From assembly GCF_964213995.1 (NCBI RefSeq), contig NC_135810.1:100316001-100380000 (forward strand): a DNA stretch of 64,000 nt, written 5' to 3'. Under the pieces are notes generated by a model. It did not search any database, had not been told where the DNA came from, and saw only the letters and a program-made list of their open reading frames with translations. The position numbers and the translations under genes are program-made. Numbering within the stretch: the stretch's first letter is position 1; each line of letters opens with the position of its first letter. Shown one piece after another: positions 1 through 13,146 of this stretch. Source of the DNA: Mustelus asterias. Its lineage: Eukaryota.

Positions 1-270
1 ACCGACAACAATCCCACCCAGACCCTATCCCCATAACCCGATGCATTTACCCTCGCTAGTCCTCCTGACACTAAGGGACAATTTAGTATGGCCAATCCAC
101 CTAACCTGCACATCTTTGGACTGTGGGAGGAAACCGGCGCACCCGGAGGAAACCCACGCAGCCACAGGGAGAACGTGCAGACTCCACACAGACAGTGACC
201 CAAACCGGGAATCGAACCCCAGGTCCCTGGCGCTGTGAGGCAGCAGTGCTAACCACTGTGCCATTGTGCC
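1..270 (-). mobile_element. HE1-type V-SINE, CR1-tail subtype A (cut by window edge)
   Basis: Reverse complement of tRNA-like head (GGCACAGTGGTTAGCACTG...GGTTCGATTCC) plus V core GGGTTTCCTCCGGGTG. Confidence 0.9.
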
Positions 271-1719
271 GGTTGGGGGGGGGGGGGGGGGGGGGGGGGG
301 GTGCGGGATTGTGGCAGACACACTCGACCCACATTCTCATCAAGTTTACTCGTGAGATTTTGTGCCATCACTTTCACACCAGTGTGCAACAAGCAACAGC
401 ACAAATCGGAGGGGGGAGAGGACCTGGGTAAGATGCTCTGTCAGAGAATCGGTGCAAACTCAATGACCTCTTTTGCACTGTAGGGATTCGATGAAGGAAG
501 AAAGTGAGTATATGATAAAGAATGTCCGCCGACAGTGGGCTTTAAATATCTGTTTTTTTGGATTGCACTTTACATTAGCAGTCTGAACAATACAACGGTA
601 TGATTGGAAAAAACGATACGCTTAAAATTTGTTTGAATAACCCTGATTGAAAATCAGCCTTCGCTCTGGTCCTGCATCCATGCGATATCCTAATCCGCCT
701 TTGAATGCAAACACTTTGGATTTGATTAAACTTGAAGAATTTTTAAATTGGAACATAAGCAAGCCGCTCCTGCCGGATATTTTATGTATATGCAACTTGC
801 GTGAATCCGTACGTTAAGCATGTGTAAAGCATGTAATGTCCCCCCCCCCTTGCATGTGGTGAATAATGAGTGAGGAATCATTCATGTTATCCACTGCTTC
901 CACTGCACTGACGGTGATCAACTTCTCTCCCTGTGCTTGCCATCTGCGGTGGATCGGTCTCGGGCACCGAGTGGCGCGCACTCTAAATGCCAGCTGCACC
1001 GGAAGGCGACCAGGGATCTGAGTCCAATCAGACTGTAAGCCCCCAGTGACTGCTTTGCTGGTGTTGCTCTATCTCAGCAAAAACAAGCAAGCCTTGAAAG
1101 CTGTTCCCCGATGGCGACGTGAAATTCCTCAGAGAGCTGTGTCAAATTTATGGTCGACGAGCAGGCAAAATAATCCTTTAGCACAATGCCGGGGATTAGG
1201 CCCAAAGCGCAGGAGTCAGAGCATTAGGAGTAATTAGAAGACCTTTGACCTACAACTGTTTGTTCCACTGACTTCAGCTGAGCCCATTTTAATGTCTGAC
1301 AACTCATTTTTTATATTCTTGTTAAATTCCCCATTACAAAGTCTTCCATCCATCACCCAGACAGAAAAAAGGCCCTGTGCTTTATACCGAGCAGTTCACA
1401 TGAGCTTCTGTCCTGTACCTGATTCAGGAAAAGCAAACCGTCTTCCCATCTTCAGGAGCCTCATGAGTTTTGAGTAATAATCTGTTCAATCCTCCTCGGA
1501 AATGGCACTGTCCTCCTTGAATAATTCAAGTAAAACTGAAAATAGCAGAAAGAATTTCTCTACTTCTTTATACTTTGGTTCCAACAGAGACAAACCCTTT
1601 CTCTTCCCTGCTCTTCACTACAACACTTTAACTCTTATCTGCTCACCAACAAGATATTTCCATTTGTTTCCTTTCATGACAGTAGTTACAATTCTATAAT
1701 CAGGCTAAAGAAATTATTT

Positions 1720-2030
1720 AGAATCCCTACAGTGCAGAAGGAGGCCATTTGGCCCATCGAGTCTGCACCAACAACAATACCCGCCCCCCCAGGTCCTATC
1801 CCCGTAACCCCACATATTTACTCTGCTAATCCTTCTAACATACGCATCCCGGGACACTAAAGGGCAATTTTAGCATGGCCAATCAACTTAACTCACACAT
1901 CTTTGGACTGTGGGAGGAAGCCGGAGCACCTGGAGGAAACCCACGCCAAGATGGGGAGAATGTGCAGACTCCACACAGACGGTGACCCAAGTCAGGAATC
2001 GAACCCAGGTCCCTGGAGCTGTGAGGCAGG
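1720..2030 (-). mobile_element. HE1-type V-SINE, subtype A
   Basis: B box, V core and CR1-type tail GGCCTCCTTCTGCACTGTAGGGATTCT on minus strand. Confidence 0.9.
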
Positions 2031-2118
2031 TGTGCAAGAATAACAGTCAAAAATTCTGAACTTCTGAACACTGAAGGTGAAAATAGGAATTTCAGATTAA
2101 CACATTAATTATGCTGGG

Positions 2119-2727
2119 GAGGGCACGGTGGCACAGTGGTTAGCACTGCTGCCTCACAGCTTCAGGGATCTGGGTTCAATTCCCAGCTTGGGTCACTGTC
2201 TGTGCGGAGTTTGCACATGCTCCCCAGGTCTGTGTGGGTTTCCTCCAGGTGCTCCGGCTTCCTCCCACAGTCCGAAAGAACAGCTCCAGGGACCTGAGTT
2301 CGATTCCCGGCTTGGGTCACTGTCTGTGTGGAGTTTGCACATTCTCCTCATGTCTGCGTGGGTTTCCTCCGGGTGCTCCAGTTTCCTCCCACAGTCCAAA
2401 GTTGTGCGGGTTAGGTTGATTGGCCCTGCTAAAATTGCCCCTTAGTGTCCTGGGATGCGTAGATTAGAGGGATTAGCGGGTAAAATATATGGGGATAGGG
2501 CCTGGGTGGGATTGTGGTCGGTGCAGACTCAATGGGCCGAATGGCCTCTTTCTGTACTGTAGGGTTTCTATGATTCTATGATTCTATGTGCTGGTTAGGT
2601 GCATTAGCCATGCTAAATTCTCCCTCAGTGTACCTGAACAGGCGCTGGAGTGTGGCGACTAGGGGATTTTCACATTAACCTCACTGCAGTGTTAATGTAA
2701 GCCTACTTGTGACACTAATAAATAAAT
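2119..2727 (+). mobile_element. V-SINE subtype B interrupted by a nested subtype A copy
   Basis: Head and core 2119-2279; resumes at GTGCTGGTTAGG (~2588) and ends TGTGACACTAATAAATAAA. Confidence 0.88.
2281..2587 (+). mobile_element. Nested 5'-truncated V-SINE, subtype A
   Basis: Starts CAGCTCCAGGGACC, ends (TTCTATGA)n tail. Confidence 0.88.
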
Positions 2728-2961
2728 TTCTAATTATCCAGGTAAAGGCCCACAGAGCAAATAAACTCTTCCAGTCTAGACCTTGGTTTTCATGTTTCTC
2801 ATAAACCACAAAATCTCTTCTGCCTCTCCACCAAAAATGCCAACATTTCTTTCTCAAAAAGATATTGCCCCTTTCAAAGATAAATAATACAACACTGGCC
2901 ATTTTTCTAATTCTATTTCGTACCTTTAATTTAATCTGTTTTAACTGTCACAAGGTTTTTG

Positions 2962-3400
2962 TTTCATTCTTTCATTGGATATGGATGTCACTGCAAGGCC
3001 AGCATTTGCTGCCCATCTGTCATTAACCTTGGACCAAGTTGCTTACTAGGCCGTTTCAGAGGGCATTTAAGAGTCAACCACATTGCTGTGGGTCTGGAGT
3101 CACAGGTAGGCCGGACAGGGTAAGGACTGCAGATTTCTTTCTCTGAAGGACATGTGTGAACCAGATGGGCTTTTATAACAATCAATGGTAGTTTCAAGGT
3201 CACCATTACTGAGACAAGCTTTCAATTCTATATTTTCTTAAATTAAATCTAAATGCACCAGCTGCTGTGGTGGGATTTGAACCCATGTCCCACAGCGTCC
3301 CACAAGTGTCCCAGAGATGTATTAGCCTGACCCACAGGTGTATTAGCCTGGTTCTTTGGATTACTGGTCCAGTGACATTACCACTACATCACCATCTGCC
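2962..3400 (-). mobile_element. MER131/MetaSINE-like tRNA SINE
   Basis: Minus strand matches the 29522-29906 element (GAAGGAAATCTGC...GTGACTCCAGACCCACAGCAATGTGG). Confidence 0.7.
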
Positions 3401-3469
3401 CCCCAGCAAGAGGAGCAAATTAATGCTTGGAATCGCTGCACAATTTTTGGTACAATGATAGTCCACCAC

Positions 3470-3915
3470 AGAATCACAGAAACTTTACGGTGTAGAAGGA
3501 AGCTATTCGGCCCATTGAATCTGTACTAGCTCTCTGAAAGAGCATTCTACCTAGTTCCACTCCCCTGCCTTATCCCCATAACTTTGCACATTCTTTCTTT
3601 TCAGATAGCAATTTTGAATACCTCGATTGAACTTGCCCCCACCACCCTCTCAGGAAGTCCAATGCAGATTCCAACCACTCTCTGGGTGAAAAAACCTTTT
3701 CTCACATCACTTCGACTCCTTTCACTAATTAATTTGAATCTGTGCCCTCTGGTTCTTGATACTCTCTTGAGTGGGAACAGTTTTTCACTATTCACCCTCA
3801 CCATACCCCACGGGATCTTAAATACAGCTATCAAATCTCCCCTCAACCTTCCTTTCTCCCAGGAAAACAGTCCTAATTTTTCATAACTAGAGTTCTTTAT
3901 CCATGGAATCAGTTT
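3470..3915 (-). mobile_element. CR1/HER1-like LINE 3' fragment
   Basis: ORF 3601..3846: RGDLIAVFK...TRGHRFKL...FFTQRVV, the CR1 ORF2 C-terminus. Confidence 0.85.
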
Positions 3916-4083
3916 TGTCTGAGGAAAATTTGCATGCCACTGAATTATGACAGTTTACTGTGGAACTGTGCAAAGTGAAAATTACCTCAATCACTTGCTC
4001 AACTTTCACATTATACCCACTGGGCCCTTAATTAGCTCATTAACATAACTCCATCCCCATACAAAGAGAAAAACATCAATAAC

Positions 4084-4337
4084 AGGCGGTATTTTATGGC
4101 CTCGCTCAGGTGAGACCGGAAATTCCCGCCCGAGGTTAACGGAGATTTCCGTTGCTGGACCCTCGCCTGCTCCGATTCTGTGGCAGGCGAGGTGGTAGAG
4201 TTCCAGTCAATGACTGGAATTTTCCTGTCCCACCCACTACGGGAATTATAGCGGACGGGACATGGACCATGCAAAGGTCCGTTGACCTCAGGTGGGATTT
4301 TCCGGTCTTGGGGTGAATGCGGCTGGAAAATCCTGAC
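4084..4337. mobile_element. Two tandem ~125-bp TIR MITEs (Harbinger-like)
   Basis: Degenerate GGGCGGGATTTT...AAAATCCCGCCC termini separated and flanked by AAT. Confidence 0.65.
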
Positions 4338-5529
4338 AATGAGTTTCCTGCATTCAAACCCGTGTTGAACGGGTGTAAATGTGTGACTAAAATCTTGCCC
4401 CACTGAAACCTTAATTGACATAACAGGCAAGTTTCTACCTTCGATTATTTGCTAAACTTTCCTTCTGGGATTCGTCAGTGAACTTCTTGGCAATTACATC
4501 TTGAAAATTCTCTCACTGAGACTATGTTGTATTTGATATATCTTTATAATGATGCTTCAAAATGTCACTAGAGACTTTACCATTGAAACAACTGAACACT
4601 TCCATATTTGCATCTAGCTCAACAAGCTGAAGTGTTTAATGTGCGTAAATAATGATTTGATAGCTTTAAACTAATTAGGCAAAACAGGGCTTAAGAAGGA
4701 AGGTTCTCCACAGGCTTCTCGGGGTCCTTAATGATTCTCTGAATTTGTGCTTGTTTCGTGTCAGTTTTTAAGTTCCAGCACATGCATTTGAGATCCTCAG
4801 GAAATGTCAGGCGTAAATTGCTGAAGATTGGCCTAAGTTTCAACATACATTTCTGCATAATGTTCAGGGCCAAATCTTTTTATTTCTCAGTCAGAAATAA
4901 TGTGCCAAGAGAGAGGCCCGAAAGTTTCTTAAATACAAAATTACATTCCAGACACATCTTGTTCTGCAGGATAACAAAACGCTGTGGTAGTCTAATTGTT
5001 AGGTTCAGATTGTTTATGAAAACAATAATGGATGCGTGGAGTTGGGTGGATTAACACATTTTTCTTCTGTGAGACAACCCAGCCCAGACGGAGCAGTTCG
5101 AATATGAAAACAAAATATTGCGGATGCGGAAACTATGAAATAAGAACAAAATATGCTGGAAATACTTAGCAAGCCAGGCAGCATCTGTGGAACGAAACAG
5201 AGTTGGCATTGATGGCCTTTCATTTGAACTGGGTAAAAGTTCGTTCTCAGTGACAACTGTAAGTCTCCTCAGGCTGCGTTTAGCTTGTTCAGAAAACAGG
5301 GACAGGAGCAGGGCATTCAGCCCCTTGAATCAGTTCTCCATTCAATGCAGTCATACCTGATTGGTGACCTAACTTCATCTACCCACCTTTGCCCCATATC
5401 CCTCAATACCTGCAGTGAACAAAAATCCATCAATCTCACATTTTCAATAAATATCTAGCATCAATGCTCATTTGGGGAAAGATTTGAAACTTCCATCACC
5501 CTAACAAAGTTCTATCACATTACTCCACT

Positions 5530-5828
5530 GGCGGCACAGTGGTTAGCACTGCTGCCTCACAGCACCAGGGATCCGGGTTCAATTCCCGGCTTGGGTCGCT
5601 GTCTGTGCAGAGTCTTCCCATGTCTGTGTGGGTTTCCTCCCACCGTCCAAAGATGTGCAGGTTAGGTGAATTGGCCATGCTAAATTGCCCCTTAGTGTCC
5701 CAAGATGTATAAGTTAGGGGAATTAGCGGGATAAATATGTGGACATTATGAGGATAGGGTCTGGGTGAGATGCAGTCTTGGGCCAAATGGCCTCCTTCTG
5801 CACTTTAGGGATTCTATGATCTATGATT
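5530..5828 (+). mobile_element. V-SINE subtype A within a degenerate CR1 relic
   Basis: tRNA head, V core, GGATTCTATGAT tail. Confidence 0.88.
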
Positions 5829-5919
5829 TCACTCCTAAAAGGTCTGGCTCTAGTTTCTGACTATGTCTCACAACCCAAGGGGGGAATCTAGTGAAGCTTC
5901 TGGGAGTGGGAAATAAAGC

Positions 5920-6225
5920 TAAAGTTTTATTTATTAATCACAAGTAGGCTTACATTAACATTGCAATGAAGTCACTGTGAAAATCCCCCAGTCGCCACAC
6001 TCCGGCGCCTGTTTGGGTACACTGAGGGAGAATTTAACATGGTCAATTCATATAACCAGCACATCTTTGGACTGTGGGAGGAAACTGGAGCACCCGGAGG
6101 AAACCCACACAGACACGGGGAGAATGTGCAAACTATACACAGACAGTGACCCAAGCCAGGAATCGAACCCGCATCCCTGGTACTCTGACACAGCAGTGCT
6201 AACCACTGTGCCACCGTGCTGCCCC
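5920..6225 (-). mobile_element. V-SINE subtype B
   Basis: Head and core plus subtype B tail (plus strand TTTATT...CACAAGTAGGCTTACATT). Confidence 0.9.
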
Positions 6226-8451
6226 GTGGGAGGTGGCAGGTGGAGGTACTCTGTTGTGCGGGGGGTGAAATATCAGCTTCCCGATGTCGGGATAAGCTTT
6301 GGGAAGTAAACTGAGTAAGCAAGTCAGGCATACTCACTAAAACACATGGTCGCCAGATTACGTTGTGGTTAGTTCTGCAGCAAATGAGAACTTGTCTTTA
6401 GATTCATGACTAGTTAAAGGTGGCTGGCAGCAGGTAAGGCTGTCTTCCTCGTGGATCTGGAGAAAGAGCTGCTTTCTTGTATGGGGAACCAGAGCAAAGG
6501 AGGCTAAGCTGTTGCATTGAGCTCAAGTGGCACTGGCCAGGGAAGTCAGGGCATGACTACCCAAGGGAGGGGCCCCTCTCAGACAGGCAAAATTACACAG
6601 GCTGGCCTGCTGGGAGTGGAGGCCTGTACAGGTGTTGTTGGACTTTCAGCACCCTTGTGGTAACAATGGGGTTGGTGACTTCCTGCCCATCCCCGACACA
6701 CAATTGGCTGGGTCTCTTGACCATACAGAAGCTAATTGGTTGGCCACTGCTTGATTGCACATGGCCAGCTGTCCTGTCTTTGAGCAGAAATGTCGCTCGC
6801 TCCCAGTCCCGCTATTCTAACACTCAACTCTACAACAAAGTTCCACCCCTAAACTCTGCAACCAGCAGAGATAGTTTTTCCTCGATCTACCCTATCTGTT
6901 CCCCTTGACATCTTAAAAATATTGACCATATCACGTCTCAACTTTTTAAATTCTAGGAGATACAATGCATCTTTGAGCAATCTACCCTCATAATTTAATG
7001 TAATAGAGTAATCAAGTAACGTAATAACTCGTAATAGTATTCTGACCGATATATCTTTGCAGCATTGTTTCCAAGGTTGCTACATTCTTTCTAAGGTGTG
7101 GTGTCTGGAACTGCTCACAATATCCCTGGTGAGCTCTTTCTATATTGGGAGTTCTCACGGATCGGCAATTCTGTTTGGTGCCTATCCCCTTGTTTCCTGA
7201 GGAGGTTGTGGTGAACCTTCTCAATGAGTTCATTGAGATCCAGTTGGTGATGTTGCTAGGTAGGCATTTGTAGGAAAGCAGTCCAGCAAGAACTGAGGCA
7301 ATGGAAATAATCATTCCCTGAAATTCCTTGGTAGCCAGCTACTGAATTAAAATTCAAATGGTTTCACATTTAAATTTAACAAAAATATGACTACACTAAA
7401 AAAGATTAAAACGCTTACCACGTCAATTCTATTTACAAAGCACTACAGAGATGGACACAGTCTATTCTGTTGAGTCAGAGTCATTTAACTTGAATTACTG
7501 AATAATTGCACTAAAACAGTCTACTGTGTTGTTTCGTTTCAAATAATTACTGAATAGCTTTTTTTTCCACATAAGAAGCAAGACTGAATTTGCCAGAGCT
7601 AACAGTGTACTGTCCCCTAAACATTCTAAGATTTGAACTCTTCCCGTTTGCAAATTTAGTTGAAAAGCAAATCTCCTGGAGTTCCCCAACAGCATGGTGA
7701 GTAAATGCATTATCCTGTGGAATAGTGAACTGTTGGCTGACGAGCAGAGAATCATCTGCAATTTATTAGTCAAGGCAGCAGGAGTCATTTGACAAGTTAA
7801 CAGGAATGAGGTCTCCCCAGCAACCAGCTGTGTGAAAACTGGCACATCTGTAACAACAACTTGCATTCACACAGCACCTTTTAACATAGCAAGATGTCCC
7901 AAGGCCACTTTTGAAGGTTGAGGACTGATTTAATTTCAGTCTTTCAAGTGAAAAAAAGGACCTTTAAGGTGGTTACAGAGAAATGAGTTCCACTAGTGCG
8001 GCAATGAAATCCAGAACAAGAGAATAGCAGTCTTAAAATTAGAGCCAAACCATTCAGGGGTGATATCAAGAACACTTTTACTCTCAAAAAGTACTGGAAA
8101 TCTAGAACAGTGTCCTTATGTGGATGTTCAGACAACTGGAGTTTTAGGATTGAGATTAATCGATCTTCGTCAGGGAATGGTATCCTAAAGTCAGGTCCTC
8201 TGTTCAATCCTTCATTCCCCGTGGTTTGGGATTTCTTCTTCAGTTGCAGATAGGAGCCTCCCCCATTTTCCATTCCCAGTTGTGGAACATCATTCTCTTT
8301 CTCCCTCTTGGTCTACATCTCTCTAACTTTCCTTCAATCACCTCCTTCAGCAAGTTCTCATGCCTCAAACCAGGGTCAATCCAACCTATTCTTGATGCTT
8401 CTCACTGATTGCCTCTCCTCCTCCACCACCCTGACAACTTCTTTATCGTTC

Positions 8452-8928
8452 TTGATTTGATTTGATTTATTATTGTCACATGTATTTACAGTGAAAAGCA
8501 CTGTTTCTTATGCGCTATACAGACAAAATGTACCGTTCATAGAGAAGGAAAGGAGACAGTGCAGAATGTAATGTTACAGTCATAGCTAGGGTGTAGACAA
8601 AGATCAACTTAATGCAAGGTAAGTCCATTCAAAAGTCTGACAGCAGCAGAGAAGAAGCTGTTCTTGAGTCGGTTGGTACGTGACCTCAGACTTTATCCTG
8701 ATGGAAGAACGTGGAAGAGAGAATGTCCAGGGTGCGTGGGGTCCTTAGTTATGTTGGCTGCTTTGCCGAGGCAGTGGGAAGTGTAGGCAGAGTCAATGGA
8801 TGGGAGGCTGGTTTGTGTGATGGATTGGGCTACATTCACGACCTTTTGTAGTTCCTTGCGGTCTTAGGCAGAGCAGGAGCCATACCAAGCTGTGATACAA
8901 CCAGAAAGAATGCTTTCTATGGTGCATC
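8452..8928 (-). mobile_element. Rex1/Babar-like LINE 3' fragment
   Basis: Encodes RCTIESILSGCITAWYGSCS; ends TGTGACAATAATAAA(TCAAA)n. Confidence 0.8.
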
Positions 8929-8929
8929 T

Positions 8930-9030
8930 TATGTTCTTATGTTCTCTCCAACTGACCCACGCCATTTTTCTCCAGAACCACATTTCGCAACTCACTAGTC
9001 TTTGGATGTCCACTTTTCTCAAGGGGAGGA
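8930..9030 (-). mobile_element. Degenerate RTE-clade LINE fragment
   Basis: IQRLVSCEMWFWRKMAWVSWREHK resembles the RTE motif EMWxWRRMLxISW. Confidence 0.5.
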
Positions 9031-9577
9031 TGTCAACATAGAACTCAGGCGAGGAAATGTGATTGAGTTGTGTGTGAACCATGATGATTGAAAAGTGGGG
9101 CAGGTTCAATGGGCTGAATGACCTACTCCTGTCCTTAGGGTTAACTATGTGTTCTAATTCAGAGCTTTCTACCAACACTTCCTTCTTGTTCCCATAAACA
9201 GACAGGTCTTGATTCATAAGGTGATGCTGTGTTCCGGAATACATTACCTGAAGAGTCGATGGAAGCAAATTCTACACTAATTTCCAAAAAGGAATTGGAA
9301 CATGAGGACATGTACAAAAAGAAAAAAAAAACTAGTTGGGTTTAGAGGAAAGAGCAGGGGAATGGGGAATTGTATAACTCAGGTTCGAGCACAGGCATGA
9401 TGGAACGAATGCTTCCTTCCGTGTTGTTTGATTTTCAGGATCAATCCACATATTTACTTTGTGTTAGCTGATTGGAACTGTAGCAGTGGGAGTGGGATAA
9501 TTGGCCTCAGTTTCCCTGGTGTTAGACTGGCTTGCAGTAAAGTGCAGCCATGTGGACTTCAGACCAGGAGATGACTG

Positions 9578-9852
9578 TTTATTTATTAGTGTCACAAGTA
9601 GGCTTACATTAACACGGCAATGAAGTTACTGTGAAAATACCCTAGTCGCCACACTCCAGCGCCTGTTCGGGTACAATGAGGGAGAATTTAGCATGGCCAA
9701 CGCACCTGACCAACTCATCTTTTGGACTGTGGGAGGAAACCGGAGCACCCAGAGGAAACCCACGCAGACATGGGGAAAACGTGCAGCCGGGAATCGAACC
9801 TGGGTCCCTGGCACTGTGTGGCAGCAGTGCTAACCACTGTGCCACCGTGCCA
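9578..9852 (-). mobile_element. V-SINE subtype B with internal deletion
   Basis: Head, core and B tail. Confidence 0.88.
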
Positions 9853-10667
9853 TGCGAGTACGTAATGCCCACAATGGTTGAATCAATTGTCAGCATTTGC
9901 TGGCTAGATTCACACATGACATAAAGCTACTCTGAGGCACTGAAAGGCTGGTGTAACAATTGAATTCTTAGAGATCAGTGGAGCTATGCCCAGCAGATGT
10001 CAACAGCTTCAGGAGAGATATGTTTGGACTGGAGGATATGAAAGTCGTTTGTTTATTATAACACAGTGGTGCAAAATTCCTTCCTAATAGAAACCAGTTC
10101 AGTCAACAACAAAGGCAAGCAGCATTTTTAAGATAGCAGTTTGTTAATGAAAACCTAATGCTGCTTCTTACTTGTCCATTGCAAGGTCTCTGCAGCTGCC
10201 ACTACTTTTTAATAAGATTATATTGTACTCTTTAAATCATTAGTAACAATTGCTGACTTGTTAACCAGGGTATTGTGTAACACTATTGTTCTGCATTCTA
10301 ATGATTTATGTATTGTACAAATTTTTACTATCACTATCCATAGCATCTTTCAACTATTTATTATCAAAAATAATGTTTACAACAAAAGCATCCCCTTCAG
10401 TGACTGTGTGCCATGGATACTCACCCAAGGAACAAGTTGGTAATCACCAATTGTACCCTGAGCTTCAGGAAGTCCACTCTTGCTGAGATTTCACTCCCAC
10501 TGATAACTGGGGAGAGTGAGGGGTGACAGAAGAAGTAGAATCCACCTGTTTCCAGTTCAGCAAATCATTAATACAATGGCAGAGACTTCCAATGGCTCAC
10601 TGGGAAGAGTTTACCTTCAGCCCTGCTGAACAAGGACTCAGAGCCGACAGGAAACATAAAGATGTCA

Positions 10668-11000
10668 TCGAATTCCCTACAGTGCAGAAGGGGGCCATTC
10701 GGCCCATCGAGTCTGCACCGACAACAATCCCACCTAGGCCCTATCCCCACATATTAACCCCGCTAACCCCTCTAACCTACGCATCCCGGGACACTAAGGG
10801 GCACTTTAGCATGAACAACGCACATGACCCGCACATCTTTGGACAATGGGAGGAAACCGGAGCACCCGGAGGAAACCCACGCAGACACGGGGAGAATGTG
10901 CAAACTCCACACAGACAGTGACCCAAGCCGGCCGGGAATCGAACCCAGGTCCCTGGAGCTGTGAGCCAGCAGTGCTAATCACTGGGCCACTGTGCCCGAC
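10668..11000 (-). mobile_element. V-SINE subtype A
   Basis: Head, core and CR1-type tail. Confidence 0.9.
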
Positions 11001-11249
11001 CTTATGAATGCAGCCTCACATTTAATTCTCCAAATCTTCTTTCCTCCTCTCTGGAAGCCCTTGGCACTTCATAAGGAAATGTTCCAGAGGCACTGGCAGA
11101 TTTCCTGTGCCTCTCCCAAATGGTTATCCCATGTGTACAAGTCCAGAAGATGAGCGACAGCAAGCTTTTTGACCACGGGATGGGAAGCTTCAGCAAGTGC
11201 ACCTGACCCTGAAACCCACATGTGCAATGTGGCTAGGAGGCTAGCGGTT

Positions 11250-11836
11250 AGGAGGAATACTGCGGTGGGTAACTTACCTCCTGACTCCCCAAAGCTGATC
11301 CACCATCTCCAAGGCAGAAGTCAGGAGTGTGATGGAATATTCCCCACTTGCCTGGGTGGGTGCAGCTCCAACAACACTCAAGAAGCTTGACACCATCCAG
11401 GACAAAGCAGCCTGCTTGATTGGCACCACATCCACAAACATCCACTCCCTCCACCACCGATGCTCAGAAGCAGCAGTGTGCACTATCTACAAGATGCATT
11501 GCAACAATTCACCAAAGATCCCAAGACAGCACCTTCCAAACACACAATCACTTCCATCTCGAAGGAGGGCAGCAGATACATGGGAACACCACCACCTGCA
11601 AGTTCCCCTCCAAGCCACTCACCATCCTGATTTGGAAATATATTACCGTTCCTTCATAGTCGCTGGGTCAAAATCCTGGAATTCCCTCCCTAACGGCATT
11701 GTGGGGTCAACCCCCAGCAAGTGGACTGCAGTGATTCAAGAAGGCAACTCACCACCACCTTCTCAAGGGCAACTAGGGATGGGCAATAAATGCTGGCAAG
11801 CCAGTGAAAACCATGTCCCACGAATGAATTAAAAAA
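11250..11836 (+). mobile_element. Non-LTR retrotransposon 3' fragment (CR1/L2 group); tail shared with the MetaSINE-like SINEs
   Basis: KAEVRSVMEYSPLAW...LDTIQDKAACLIG...SLHHR RT C-terminal motifs; tail GGGCAATAAATGCTGGC...GAATGAAT. Confidence 0.75.
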
Positions 11837-11919
11837 CATGTTGGGAGGAGTCAGCGAATGGCAATCAGGGGTCAGGACCCTGGCCGATGATGCCTACTGT
11901 ATCATCCAGGCTGAGATAG

Positions 11920-12229
11920 AAGAATCCCCACAGTGCAGAAGGAGGCCGTTTGGCCCATCGAATCTGCATCGACCACAATCCCATCCAGGTGCTATTCCCA
12001 TAACCCCACATATTTACCCTGCTAATCCCCTGACACTAGGTCATGGCCAATCAACCTAACCCGCACATCTTTGGACTGTGGGAGGAAACCGGAGCACCCG
12101 GAGGAAACCCACGCAGACACGGGGAAAATGTGCAAACTCCACACAGACAGTGACCCAAGGCCAGAATTGAACCCAGGTCCCTGGCGCTGTGAGGCAGCAG
12201 TGCTAACCACCGTGCCACCATGCCGTCCC
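11920..12229 (-). mobile_element. V-SINE subtype A
   Basis: Head, core and CR1-type tail. Confidence 0.9.
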
Positions 12230-12856
12230 AGAGATCAAAGAACAAACCACACAGCATCAAATATGTTTGGATGAGTTCAACATAATTCAGTAACTTTATC
12301 CACAATGACAGTAGCTCTCTTTGCAATCCTGACCATCACATGTAACAACATCTATATCAGAATATTCCGTAAATTGACAATGCTGGATATAGTGAATTGT
12401 CAAGTACAATACCAGTAACGATATTTGGCAAGAGCTTATTATCATTTAGATATGTCATTACTATCATGAACTTAATCTTCTTGCTCAGTTTAAAGGAATC
12501 TATCATCCACACACCTGAAGAAACAAAAATCCACGGAAAACTGTGAACACAGTATGCCGATACACAGTTGTGGGTTTCCTCAAGACCAAACTAAATAGCT
12601 GTAAATCACTTTGAGGCACTGAGTCAGGTAGCCTTCGGTCCTCATCAACCTACTAACTGCTGTTAAATTGCCTTTCTCTTTTGTGAGGTCAAAAGTCAAA
12701 GGTTAAAAAAACAATTATTCCAGTTGTTGTGTCATGATAGGATCGTAAATTTAAGAGTGATTCCTCATTCCTAAAGACCAAAGCAATTCTGCACACCTCT
12801 GGGCAGTGGCCTCACACTGATTAAAGTCTGGGCCAAGTGCAGCATGCTTCCAGCCT

Positions 12857-13146
12857 TAAACTAAAGTTCATTTATTAATGTCACAAGTAGCCTTACATTA
12901 ACATTGCAATATGTTACTGTGAAAATCCCCCGGTCGCCACACTCCGGCGCCTGTTCGGGTACACTGAGGGAGAATTTAGCATGGCCAATGCACCTAACCA
13001 GCACGTCTTTCGGACTGTGCACCCGAAGGAAACCCACGCAGACATGGGGAGAACGTGCAGACTCCGCACAGACAGTGACCCAAGCCAGGAATCGAACCCG
13101 GGTCCCTGGCGCTCTGAGGCAGCAGTGCTAACCACTATGCCGCCCG
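12857..13146 (-). mobile_element. V-SINE subtype B
   Basis: Head, core and B tail. Confidence 0.9.

Noticed and set aside
275-301. Poly-G run (also 14341-14378) as a functional G-quadruplex
   Set aside because: Simple homopolymer of uncertain length with no supporting context.
25-431. Recurrent ORFs of the MAQWLALLPHS / MVSTAASQ / MDCGRKPEHPEETH type across the window
   Set aside because: Chance translations of the V-SINE; not genes.
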